Shown here: positions 25,492 to 34,282 of the stretch, one piece after another
Position numbering within the stretch: position 1 is the first letter of the stretch
Layout of the letters: each line of letters begins with the position of its first letter
NCBI GenBank assembly: GCA_047974225.1
Contig: JBKECD010000022.1
Location: forward strand, 29-64,028
Origin: Mangrovibacterium sp.
Lineage (GTDB): Bacteria > Bacteroidota > Bacteroidia > Bacteroidales > Prolixibacteraceae
Direction of reading: 5' to 3'
DNA length: 64,000 nucleotides
The notes under the pieces: model-generated
What the model saw: only the letters and a program-made list of their open reading frames with translations
What the model was told of the DNA's origin: nothing
Databases searched by the model: none
Translations under genes and position numbers: made by a program

Positions 25492-25550
25492 AGCCTTGAA
25501 ATCTTCCAACCACAATTAATCATAACTTGCAGTTGGAAGATTTCAAGGCT
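25492..25550 (+). terminator. Intrinsic terminator after the response-regulator gene
   Basis: A perfect 19-bp stem, agccttgaaatcttccaac / gttggaagatttcaaggct, with a 21-nt loop, followed by ttttatttat. Confidence 0.8.
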
Positions 25551-25574
25551 TTTTATTTATACTCCTTTTATTCA

Positions 25575-25582
25575 TATCTTTG
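25575..25582 (+). promoter_or_regulatory. Candidate -7 promoter box (TAtcTTTG) for the DEAD-box helicase gene
   Basis: Matches TAnnTTTG. The final G is 5 nt before the ATG at 25587. Confidence 0.35.
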
Positions 25583-25586
25583 CGGC

Positions 25587-26945
25587 ATGAGCAAAACATT
25601 TGAAAGTCTAAAAATCAGCAAGTCGATTCTGAAGAGCTTGCAAGAAATAGGGTTTGAAACCCCCACCCCGATTCAGCAAAAAGCCATTCCAGTCATTTCA
25701 TCGGGTGCCGATGTGCTGGGCATTGCCCAAACAGGAACAGGGAAAACGGCGGCCTATCTGCTGCCTATTTTCACCAAATTAGTGAAAGCCGAAGGCGACG
25801 ACCCTCGTGCTTTAATCCTTGTTCCTACACGAGAACTAGCCATTCAGGTGGGCGAAGATATGGAGGAATTTTTGGAATATTCCAATATTCGTCATGCAGC
25901 AGTATTCGGTGGAATTGGTTGGACGAAGCACGCCGACTTGGTGAAACCGGGTGTGGATATTGTGGTGGCTACCCCGGGCAGGCTGTGGGATTTATATCAA
26001 GCAGGAGCACTTTCATTCAAAAAAATCAAGCATTTGGTGATTGATGAAGCCGACCGCATGCTTGATATGGGCTTCATGCCACAGATTCGCCAGTTGCTTG
26101 AAATCATTCCCCGCAAGCGGCAAAACCTTCTTTTTTCAGCCACCTTTGGCGAGCGTGTGGAGGAAATGAGTCAAGAGTTTTTGGCGTTTCCGAAGCGTGT
26201 GGAGGTTGCCCCTTCCGCCACTCCGGCGCAATTGGTGAAGCAGTCTTATTATGAAGTGCCGAACTTCAAAACTAAACTCAATCTGATTCAGCATTTGCTG
26301 GAAGATGAAGACACCTTCAACCGAGTGCTCATCTTTGTGCGCACCAAGGAGCACGCCGATCAGGTGTTTAAAATCATCAAGCGCAAGACCGAAGGTTCAA
26401 AGCGGATATTACACTCCAATAAAGGACAAAATGCCCGTATCAACGCTATAAATGCCTTTAAAGATGGGGAAGTGCGCATCTTGATTTCCACTGATGTTTC
26501 GGCTCGTGGACTCGATGTGAGCTTGATTTCACATGTGATAAACTTCGATCTTCCACAGCGATATGAAGACTATGTGCACCGCATCGGACGGACAGCACGT
26601 GCCAACAATCATGGGGCAGCTATTTCGCTGATTGACCCTTCCGAAGAATACCACTTGCGGAAGATTGAGCAGGTGATGCACATGGAAATTCCCGAAGAGT
26701 TTATTCCCGAAGCGGTGGAAGTGCCCGAAACTCCGAAAGCTGAAAAAATTGAGCAAGAGCGCGAAATCGACCGCCAAAAGCGGATTGAAGACCCTGAATT
26801 TAAGGGCGCATTCCACGAGAAGAAACGTCGCCCCGGGCAAGGTGGAAAAGATAAACGCCCCGGCAAGCCAAACCTCAGCAAGAAGCCAACCAATGCGCCG
26901 AAGCATGCTGCAAAGCAGAAAAAGTTTCGGAAAGGGCGGAAGTAG
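25587..26945 (+). CDS. DEAD-box ATP-dependent RNA helicase with a basic C-terminal tail
   Basis: - Q motif: ...GFETPTPIQQKAIP
- Motif I: AQTGTGKT
- DEAD box: VIDEADRM
- SAT motif
- Lys/Arg-rich tail

I chose the start at the internal Met (MSKTFESL). Confidence 0.93.
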   Translation: MSKTFESLKISKSILKSLQEIGFETPTPIQQKAIPVISSGADVLGIAQTGTGKTAAYLLPIFTKLVKAEGDDPRALILVPTRELAIQVGEDMEEFLEYSNIRHAAVFGGIGWTKHADLVKPGVDIVVATPGRLWDLYQAGALSFKKIKHLVIDEADRMLDMGFMPQIRQLLEIIPRKRQNLLFSATFGERVEEMSQEFLAFPKRVEVAPSATPAQLVKQSYYEVPNFKTKLNLIQHLLEDEDTFNRVLIFVRTKEHADQVFKIIKRKTEGSKRILHSNKGQNARINAINAFKDGEVRILISTDVSARGLDVSLISHVINFDLPQRYEDYVHRIGRTARANNHGAAISLIDPSEEYHLRKIEQVMHMEIPEEFIPEAVEVPETPKAEKIEQEREIDRQKRIEDPEFKGAFHEKKRRPGQGGKDKRPGKPNLSKKPTNAPKHAAKQKKFRKGRK

Positions 26946-27093
26946 AGGGAAGATATTGGTAAACTCCGCTGGAGGAGTTTTGTGTTCCTTGTAGTATATG
27001 CCCCCAGATGACTCTGGGGGTTATGCACAGTCAAGTCCTCTGGACTTGCGAGATTTCGATATAGAACCAATAATAAACTATTTACTACCAATT

Positions 27094-27558
27094 CTATCCC
27101 CATTTTTTCCATCCCAATCCTTTCGCCATTAATGAAAAACGGCTAATGAGATGAATTAAAACAAGCAGAATTAGAGCAAGTCCGAGCCTATAATGCCACA
27201 TTCCGACAGCTGAATTTCCGCCCTCAATAAAGAAAACTAGGATAATCCCTGTGATTATTTCTATCAAGAATAATAGGGACAGCAGGGGTGTAACCCGACT
27301 TTTCTTGCCAATGCCTTTTTTCACTAAACTTTTATACCATCCCCAATGCGCCTTGATGTGTAGCCATCCGAAAATGAGCGAAAGAACACTTACAATGATG
27401 TGGTAGTGCGCCCAATATGCCCACACCTCATGATTGTCTGCGTGTCCTGCGATATGCAGTTTCAGTCCGCTGTATATCACAAGTATAAACACAGGTATCA
27501 GGATTAAATCAATGATGAATATGGATTTTCCTTTGGTGAGTGAACGAGTTTTTGCCAT
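27094..27558 (-). CDS. DUF4405-like four-helix membrane protein with conserved histidines
   Basis: Four hydrophobic helices carry His residues (...HIAGHADNHEVWAYWAHYH..., ...WLHIKAHWGWY..., ...LIHLISRF). The family assignment is from memory. Confidence 0.55.
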   Translation of the reverse strand: MAKTRSLTKGKSIFIIDLILIPVFILVIYSGLKLHIAGHADNHEVWAYWAHYHIIVSVLSLIFGWLHIKAHWGWYKSLVKKGIGKKSRVTPLLSLLFLIEIITGIILVFFIEGGNSAVGMWHYRLGLALILLVLIHLISRFSLMAKGLGWKKWG

Positions 27559-27562
27559 GCCT

Positions 27563-27778
27563 TTAGCTTTGATTTTTTGGAACTTTACTGATTACACCCT
27601 GTGGACACGCTTTGATGCATTTGCCGCAGCCCAAGCAGTTGTCGAGATTTCGGAGCACAATGTGCTTGTGCCACAAAATGGCTACTTTTCCAATAACTTT
27701 TCTTTCACACGCATCGACACATTTCCAGCAGGCAATGCATTTATTGGTGTCTAAGCTGATAAATTTACTTGATTTCAT
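27563..27778 (-). CDS. 2x[4Fe-4S] ferredoxin-type protein
   Basis: Two cluster motifs, CIACWKCVDAC and CLGCGKCIKACP; 71 aa. Confidence 0.8.
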   Translation of the reverse strand: MKSSKFISLDTNKCIACWKCVDACERKVIGKVAILWHKHIVLRNLDNCLGCGKCIKACPQGVISKVPKNQS

Positions 27779-27857
27779 TTTTCTTTGTTTTTATATTGAT
27801 GCAAAGGAATGAAATAAGTCGAAAAGCGAAGATAGACAAACAGAGGGGAAGCTTGGA

Positions 27858-28703
27858 CTATTTAAAGTATTTCGCCCTAAACTGGGTGGGCGACAATAAA
27901 GATGCTTTGGAGAATAGGCGAGTAAAGTAGGCGCAATCTTCATATCCGAGTTCAAATGCGATTTCTTTCACAGTCCTATTGGTGTGAACCAACAAGCGTT
28001 TGGCTCGAAGAACAATTTCATTGCGAATGCATTCGCTCACAGTTAGTCCCGTTACAGCCTTGACTGCTTGGTTCAAATATATAGGGGAGATGTTCAACTT
28101 ATCGGCATATTGCGATGGACTTTTAAGCGATTGGTAGTTGGCAGCCAAGAGCGACTTGAATTGGAAAGTAATCGCTGCCATCCGTTTATTCACCTGCGTG
28201 GAAAAGTCTATTTGATGTACTTCGGCAATCATTCCGATGTATGACGACAGTAAATCATGCAATATATTCTGCGCTATGGCTTGGTTTTCCGAATGAAATC
28301 TTCGCTCTAAAATAGAAAGATAAGCCTGCAAGTCGGCTATCGTAGCTTCGTCGGCTTCGATGATGCCATTGAAGATCGCACTTCTATTGAATATTTCTTG
28401 ATACTCCTCTTTCACCAAAGAAGAATCCACAAACAACGCCCACGCACTCGTATTTTCGCTGAAATCAACTACCGAATGCACCTGTTCAGGCAAGGTGAAA
28501 TAAACCGTGTTTACCTTCACCTCATAAGTCTTGAAATCAATCAATAACTTAGCACTCCCCTTTTCGATGAAGAAAAAAATATAATAATCATCCCGATGAG
28601 CATATTTCGCAGCTGGCAGATAGCTTCCTGCTGAAAGATATTTCAGTTTTACTAGTTCACCATCGAGTTGCTGAGCTATTTTATGTGAGGGAATTTTTTT
28701 CAT
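27858..28703 (-). CDS. AraC-family transcriptional regulator
   Basis: A C-terminal double HTH (...ADKLNISPIYLNQAVKAVTGLTVSECIRNEIVLRAKRLL...FELGYEDCAYFTRLFSK...) and an N-terminal cupin-like domain. Confidence 0.88.
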   Translation of the reverse strand: MKKIPSHKIAQQLDGELVKLKYLSAGSYLPAAKYAHRDDYYIFFFIEKGSAKLLIDFKTYEVKVNTVYFTLPEQVHSVVDFSENTSAWALFVDSSLVKEEYQEIFNRSAIFNGIIEADEATIADLQAYLSILERRFHSENQAIAQNILHDLLSSYIGMIAEVHQIDFSTQVNKRMAAITFQFKSLLAANYQSLKSPSQYADKLNISPIYLNQAVKAVTGLTVSECIRNEIVLRAKRLLVHTNRTVKEIAFELGYEDCAYFTRLFSKASLLSPTQFRAKYFK

Positions 28704-29031
28704 AGGGCAAAGATAAGCATCAATAATTTTATATCTTTGCTCACAATATTAATTATTCACCCCCTAAACCCCCACTCTATTTTTATGCTACGGATGATTG
28801 TGTAATTCCGAATACTATTCTCGAAAACTTGAAATTGATGATGCCTTGCGGTGTTGTCAAGAGCTATTGTTGTATCTTTAGCTTTCGGAATGTATTCGGT
28901 TTGTAACTTCAATAAAATATCAAAACCCCCTCTAAAGTGTAAACTATTCAGTGAATGCTAAGACATAAGGATTACTTTGCGTCTTTCCGACTTTGCGTTT
29001 AGTTGCTTGGAGGGCTATGCATAAAAATACA

Positions 29032-30090
29032 ATGAATAATCTAAATATTTATGGCTGGAATGACAGCCTAGAAAATCAAAAACAAGAATCTCAGTTTTCA
29101 CATTTCGCCCATGCCCGCGTTACGGTGGTGCACAAAACTTGCTATGAGGTGATTTCCGAAGAAGGAAGTTTTCGCTGCGAGTTGTTGGGCAATTTGCTCT
29201 ACACTTCTTCTAAGGAAGAACTCCCCTGCACAGGCGATTGGGTGCTTTTTCAGCCGATGAACGACACCGAAGGTTTGATTTATGAGGTGTTGCCTAGAAC
29301 AGGCGTAATTAGTCGGAAAAAGAGCGGTAAGCGCACTGAAAAGCAGATATTCGCCTCGCATGTCGATGTGGCATTGGTGGTGCAGAGTGTGGATGACAAT
29401 CTGAATATTCGTCGCACCGAGCGATTTATGGCGCAAATCATGGAACAAGGCATTCAGCCGATACTTCTCTTTACCAAAAGCGATTTGATTGCGGAAAAAA
29501 CAGCAGTGCTTGCTGAAATGAGCAGCTTATTGCAGCGCACGCCTTATGTGTTTACGAGCATTCTGACAGGCGAAGGCATTGAGGAGCTGCGGAAAATCAT
29601 ACCTTTTGGACAATCAGCGGTGCTGATTGGTTCATCGGGCGTGGGCAAAAGCAGCTTGGTGAATGCGCTGATTGGTGCTGAAAATTTAGCAACTTCTGAA
29701 ATCAGTGAGAGTACTGGCAAAGGGCGACACACCTCTGTTCGTCGTGAAATCATTGAGCTGAATAATCAAGCGGTGCTGATTGACACGCCGGGAGTGCGTG
29801 AGTTTGGCATTACCGCCTTTTCGAGCGAATCGGCAGCCGAATTGTTTTCTTTGGAGGAAGCGGTGAAGGAATGCAAGTATGCAGATTGCACACATACTTC
29901 AGAACCCGGTTGCGCGGTGCTTCAAGCTTTGGCTGATGGTATGATTGATGAACCTGCCTATGAAAGTTTTCTGAAATTACAACGCGAAGCGTGGCACTAT
30001 CAGGCGATGGAGCATGAGAAAAGGCAGAAAGGCAAAGACCTCGGGCGGTTGATTAAGGACATGAAGACTAAGCATCATAAGTATAAATAA
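29032..30090 (+). CDS. rsgA: Ribosome small-subunit-dependent GTPase A
   Basis: A circularly permuted GTPase (...LLFTKSDL..., GSSGVGKSSLVNAL, DTPGVREF) with a C-terminal zinc cluster (C-x-x-x-DCTHTSEPGC). The start is uncertain; candidates are 28993, 29017 and 29032. Confidence 0.9.
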   Translation: MNNLNIYGWNDSLENQKQESQFSHFAHARVTVVHKTCYEVISEEGSFRCELLGNLLYTSSKEELPCTGDWVLFQPMNDTEGLIYEVLPRTGVISRKKSGKRTEKQIFASHVDVALVVQSVDDNLNIRRTERFMAQIMEQGIQPILLFTKSDLIAEKTAVLAEMSSLLQRTPYVFTSILTGEGIEELRKIIPFGQSAVLIGSSGVGKSSLVNALIGAENLATSEISESTGKGRHTSVRREIIELNNQAVLIDTPGVREFGITAFSSESAAELFSLEEAVKECKYADCTHTSEPGCAVLQALADGMIDEPAYESFLKLQREAWHYQAMEHEKRQKGKDLGRLIKDMKTKHHKYK

Positions 30091-30112
30091 TTGGTATGCG
30101 TTAGTAGCAAAA

Positions 30113-30140
30113 AAAGGGAATGCCATGTGGCATTCCCTTT
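30113..30140. terminator. Bidirectional terminator between convergent rsgA and the DUF3472 gene
   Basis: aaagggaatgcca tg tggcattcccttt, flanked by A- and T-runs. Confidence 0.8.
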
Positions 30141-30158
30141 TTTCTTCGATAGGATAGT

Positions 30159-31454
30159 TTACTCTAATTCGCTCCAGTTGATGTCAGGCTTTTTATTGGT
30201 AGCTTTTCTTTCAAAAGTAGTGCCAATTTCGGTGTTATCGCTGAGAAATCCACAATTTTGGAGGAAGAAGCCCGCTTCTTCCACGCCGCCTTTATAATCT
30301 AAACGGGCATTATTGCGGGCGGTGTTATCTGCGGTAAATCGACCATTGATGAGCTCCACCCATTGTCCCTCTTTGGTGTAAATCCATTGATTATTGTAGT
30401 GGGCTTTTCGTCCGACATATCCTGTTTCGGTGTTGAAATTTTCAAGGAAAGAATACGGACGAGTGTAATAAGTGTTGGTCTTTGGGCGCAAGAATTGCGC
30501 TATTAATTGCCACTTGCCCACTTCGGGGGCGAAGAAATAAGCGGTGTATTCGGAATAGCCATTTTCAGCAGGATGAATGTGCGTCAAGAATTTATAGGTA
30601 TTTCCAGCTTTCCAATCATAGACCATATAGCTTTGTCCGCCTGAGCCCTCATTGCCAAACTCTCCTGTCCGCACCTTTTCTCCTTTTTTCACTAGGATGA
30701 TTTTATGGTCGTCGGGAATTTCCTTAGGGTTGTCGGTTTTGAAAGGACTCCACACCGAGAATAACACTCTTCTTTCTGTGGGCGAATTAACCTGTATGCC
30801 GAAGTATCCTTCACCAAAACCATTTGCCATGAAATAACTTCCGATAGCGTCTTCACCCTCGGGCACCGTTACTTCATTATAGAACCATTCGGCAGTAGTT
30901 CCTTCAGGAATAGGATAACCCATGTGCACCGAAGGACCTCTTCGCCCCCAATAGAAAGAAAAATCACTCACAAAGTTCATATCTTGAGTAGCAGTTCCCT
31001 CAACGACTAAAGACATGGCATCGGCATAGATTTCACCCTTGAGTTTTTTCCCTTGGAAATCTACTTGTACATATCCCTTGGGGCATTTGTCGATTGTTCC
31101 GATATAAACAATGTTCTCGGTATCGACTTTTGGGAGTTTTGTTTTAAACTTTTTGTTGTTGCATTTCACCTCAATGGTATTATCGGCAGAAGTGTTTTGA
31201 TACTTCAAATAGAGTTTTAAATCTCCTGAGGTGTTTAGCTTGAAATAGGTGCTAAATACCGTTTTAGGATTGTTCCACTTGGTGAAACCAGCATTGGTGA
31301 TTTTTTCAGCTCCTGCCTTATTGGTGATGTAGGAATTTCCTCCCAATGGGATTTCGACGGCTTTGGCAGTCGGTGTTGGAATGTCTTTTTCGATGGTGAA
31401 AGACAAAAAGCTAAGTGTAAGGATTACACTTAAGATGGATAAAGTTTTCTTCAT
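30159..31454 (-). CDS. Secreted DUF5077/DUF3472-domain protein
   Basis: A signal peptide, with ...YFGIQVNSPTERRVLFSVWSP... typical of DUF3472. Confidence 0.7.
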   Translation of the reverse strand: MKKTLSILSVILTLSFLSFTIEKDIPTPTAKAVEIPLGGNSYITNKAGAEKITNAGFTKWNNPKTVFSTYFKLNTSGDLKLYLKYQNTSADNTIEVKCNNKKFKTKLPKVDTENIVYIGTIDKCPKGYVQVDFQGKKLKGEIYADAMSLVVEGTATQDMNFVSDFSFYWGRRGPSVHMGYPIPEGTTAEWFYNEVTVPEGEDAIGSYFMANGFGEGYFGIQVNSPTERRVLFSVWSPFKTDNPKEIPDDHKIILVKKGEKVRTGEFGNEGSGGQSYMVYDWKAGNTYKFLTHIHPAENGYSEYTAYFFAPEVGKWQLIAQFLRPKTNTYYTRPYSFLENFNTETGYVGRKAHYNNQWIYTKEGQWVELINGRFTADNTARNNARLDYKGGVEEAGFFLQNCGFLSDNTEIGTTFERKATNKKPDINWSELE

Positions 31455-31472
31455 GATATTATTTTTAATGAT

Positions 31473-32582
31473 TTAAATTAAACTATACATTTTTCCGACA
31501 TGGCTTCGCACCACACCTTTAAATTCGAGTGCAAAGAGGGTGCTAAGCGCTTTGCTCACGGGGATTTTGGCTAGCCGACAAATGTCATCAATAAAGGTCG
31601 GCTCTTTGCTGAGGTGTTGGCAAAGAGTTTCTTCCTCAGGGGAAAGCTCGACGAATAATTCACGCTGAATGGCTTGCTTTGATTTTGATTTCTGCTGCCA
31701 ATTCATAATATATTCCACATCGGCGAGGTTTTGAATCAGATGAGCTTGGTTGCGACGAATTAATCCGTTGCATCCAGCGGAATATTTATCGGTGCTTCTG
31801 CCGGGGAATGCTAGCACTTCACGGTCATAGGAATTAGCAATATCAGCCGTTACGAGCGAGCCGCCTTTGGCAGCCGACTCCACCACGATGGTGCAACAGG
31901 TCAATCCCGCCACAATGCGATTTCGACTCAAAAAGTTATTAGGCACCATGGCAGTTCCGCTCGAAAACTCGGTGATGAGTGCGCCCTCTTTTTGGAGAAT
32001 CTCCTTGGCTAAATCACGGTGTTTGGTGGGATAGACTTGGTCGAGCCCGTGCGCTAGTACGCCCCAAGTGGGCACATTGTGTTTCAAGCATGCCCGATGG
32101 GCAATGCTATCAATGCCATAGGCGAGCCCACTCACCACAATATAGTTTCCCTTAGAGCCCATGTCGGCTATGAGTTGTTCAGTACAGTCTAACCCATAAG
32201 GAGTAGCCTTACGCGTGCCCACAATCGACACTAATCGCTGCGCATTCCAATCCACTTTGCCCTTGGCAAAGAGCAGCACCGGCGAATCAACACATTGCTT
32301 CAATTGCCGTGGAAAATCTGCATCATACCAACTATATACTTGGATATTTTTTCCATGAATGAAATCAAGTTCCCGCTTTCCGAGGTCGAGGTCGAGCTGT
32401 GTAGAAAGTTTCTCGGCAAGCACCGGCCCAATGCCGTCTTTCTTTTTGAGCTGGCTAGCATTTGCTTTGCACACTTCTTCGGAACTGCCAAAGGCGGCAA
32501 TCAGACTGCGCACCGTCTGCGCACCAATTCCCGGCACTCGATTGAGCGCAATCAGTCGAGCAATTTCTAATTCTTCCGCCAT
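31473..32582 (-). CDS. dprA: DNA-processing protein DprA
   Basis: ...VSGLAYGIDSIAHRACL... and ...GGSLVTADIA... are Rossmann-fold DprA motifs; 369 aa. Confidence 0.92.
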   Translation of the reverse strand: MAEELEIARLIALNRVPGIGAQTVRSLIAAFGSSEEVCKANASQLKKKDGIGPVLAEKLSTQLDLDLGKRELDFIHGKNIQVYSWYDADFPRQLKQCVDSPVLLFAKGKVDWNAQRLVSIVGTRKATPYGLDCTEQLIADMGSKGNYIVVSGLAYGIDSIAHRACLKHNVPTWGVLAHGLDQVYPTKHRDLAKEILQKEGALITEFSSGTAMVPNNFLSRNRIVAGLTCCTIVVESAAKGGSLVTADIANSYDREVLAFPGRSTDKYSAGCNGLIRRNQAHLIQNLADVEYIMNWQQKSKSKQAIQRELFVELSPEEETLCQHLSKEPTFIDDICRLAKIPVSKALSTLFALEFKGVVRSHVGKMYSLI

Positions 32583-33055
32583 GTTTCCTTATTGCTTGCA
32601 ATAATTTCTTTCAAATCATCTTCAATCAAATCAATTTCCACGGCAGTGAGCCCCACAAGGCTCACATCGGGATATTCCATGATGCCGCGCGGAGTTTTGA
32701 TAAGCATAGCTAAATCAGCGAAGATATTAATCTTACTGCTGCTATTGCTGCGCTTGATGGCGATGCTATACAGCAGATTTTTTTCAAACTCAATCGAAGA
32801 ATATTTAGCTCCGAAAAGGCTCGAAGCGGCATAATAACGAATGAGAAGTTTTTCCTCATCGCTATTATAATAAATATAATTCACTTGAAAGAATTGCATC
32901 AAGCTCAGGCATGCCACAAAAAGCCCCCCTGCTATCCATGCCCACACATCAAGTCCCAGCCATAGGAATAGTCCCACAAAAGCAATCAGACTCAACATTG
33001 ATATGGAGTAGGCTCGTTTGATTTTCACTATTCTTTTTTTGTTTGAAATCTCCAT
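32567..33055 (-). CDS. Hypothetical membrane protein
   Basis: Two predicted TM helices after MEISNKKRI... The 3' end overlaps the dprA start by 16 nt. The start is uncertain (33094 or 33055). Confidence 0.45.
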   Translation of the reverse strand: MEISNKKRIVKIKRAYSISMLSLIAFVGLFLWLGLDVWAWIAGGLFVACLSLMQFFQVNYIYYNSDEEKLLIRYYAASSLFGAKYSSIEFEKNLLYSIAIKRSNSSSKINIFADLAMLIKTPRGIMEYPDVSLVGLTAVEIDLIEDDLKEIIASNKETWRKN

Positions 33056-33165
33056 CTGGTATAAAAATATTATTTGTTTCCACTGAAATTGCATAAATCA
33101 TCATGCGAAATCAACGGCATTAAAAAATTAATCACTAGATTTGTTTTCTTTCAAAATCAAATGTA

Positions 33166-34215
33166 ATGGAAGCACCAAAAATACAAGCTAATATTATCTT
33201 TTCCCAACATGTGGCAAAGGAATTAACAAAAATAGTGCAGAATTATCCCCAAAAGAAGATTTTTCTGCTCACCGAAACCACTCCGCAGGAGCTTTGTCTG
33301 CCTCGTATTCAATCGGTGATTGATGAATTTGATATTCGGGTGCTGTGCATCGGTGGTGGTGAAGACAATAAAAGCATCGCTTCATGCGAAAAAGTGTGGC
33401 AGGAGCTTTCCATGCATGGTGCCGACCGCAAGTCGCTGCTGATTAACATCGGTGGCGGTATGATTACCGACCTCGGCGGATTTGTGGCTTCGACTTTCAA
33501 GCGAGGCATGGACTTTGTAAACATCCCCACCACCCTACTTTCGCAGGTAGATGCTTCACTAGGCGGAAAAACAGGGGTGAACTTCGGGGGGCTAAAAAAT
33601 GAAATAGGCGTGTTTAACGAGCCTATGGCAGTGATTATCGACACTAATTTTCTCCGCACTATCGACCACGCAAATGTGCTTTCCGGCTATGCCGAAATGA
33701 TTAAGCACGGACTGATTAAAAGCCCAGAGCATCTCGCCGAATTGAAACAATTCAATTTGGAGCAGCTTGATTATGTAGAACTCGAACGCCTCATTGCGCA
33801 GTCGAATGCCATCAAGGAGTGGCATGTGATAAATGATTTCCGTGAAAGTGGAATCCGCAAGGCGCTCAACTTCGGGCACACTGTGGGACATGCTTTTGAA
33901 AGCTTTGCACTGCATGAGGGGCAACCAATCTTGCATGGGCACGCTGTGGCATATGGCATGATGGCAGAGTTGTATCTATCCACTAAAGTATGTGCTTTTC
34001 CAGAAAAAGAGTTTCAATTGCTTTGCACATGGCTAACGAGTATTTACGGCAAGTTTGAAATCAAGGAAGAACATTGCAATGAGCTAATCGAACTCATGAC
34101 CCACGACAAGAAAAACAGCGCAGGACAAATCAATTTTACCCTACTGAGTGCCATTGGCGAAGTGCAAATTAATCAACATTGCAGCCATGAGATGTTGAAA
34201 GAAGCTATAATATAA
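33166..34215 (+). CDS. aroB: 3-dehydroquinate synthase
   Basis: ...LINIGGGMITDLGGFVASTFKRGMDFVNIPTTLLSQVDASLGGKTGVNF... is the DHQS signature. Confidence 0.93.
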   Translation: MEAPKIQANIIFSQHVAKELTKIVQNYPQKKIFLLTETTPQELCLPRIQSVIDEFDIRVLCIGGGEDNKSIASCEKVWQELSMHGADRKSLLINIGGGMITDLGGFVASTFKRGMDFVNIPTTLLSQVDASLGGKTGVNFGGLKNEIGVFNEPMAVIIDTNFLRTIDHANVLSGYAEMIKHGLIKSPEHLAELKQFNLEQLDYVELERLIAQSNAIKEWHVINDFRESGIRKALNFGHTVGHAFESFALHEGQPILHGHAVAYGMMAELYLSTKVCAFPEKEFQLLCTWLTSIYGKFEIKEEHCNELIELMTHDKKNSAGQINFTLLSAIGEVQINQHCSHEMLKEAII

Positions 34216-34240
34216 AAATATGAAACTCTGTGTCTTTTAC

Positions 34241-34271
34241 TCTCCCCCCTCGGGGGAGTTGGAGGGGGCTT
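34241..34271. repeat. GC-rich hairpin repeat (CTCCCC-n-GGGGAG + TTGGAGGGGGCTT), copy 1 of 4
   Basis: ctcccccctcgggggagttggagggggctta, between aroB and aroA. It belongs to the same family as the copies at 54988-55157. Confidence 0.8.
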
Positions 34272-34282
34272 AAACTAAAATT

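Noticed and set aside
26529-27112. Minus-strand ORFs of 125 and 167 aa overlapping the 3' end of the helicase gene.
   Set aside because: They lie antisense to the Lys/Arg-rich tail of the DEAD-box helicase and to GC-rich hairpins. Their composition is Pro/Gly/Arg-skewed and they have no motifs.
28820-28895. An inverted CCGAATAC / GTATTCGG pair in the AraC-rsgA intergenic region, resembling the palindromic core of the 41.4 kb array.
   Set aside because: An 8-mer match is expected by chance about once or twice in 64 kb on two strands, so the evidence is insufficient to link the loci.
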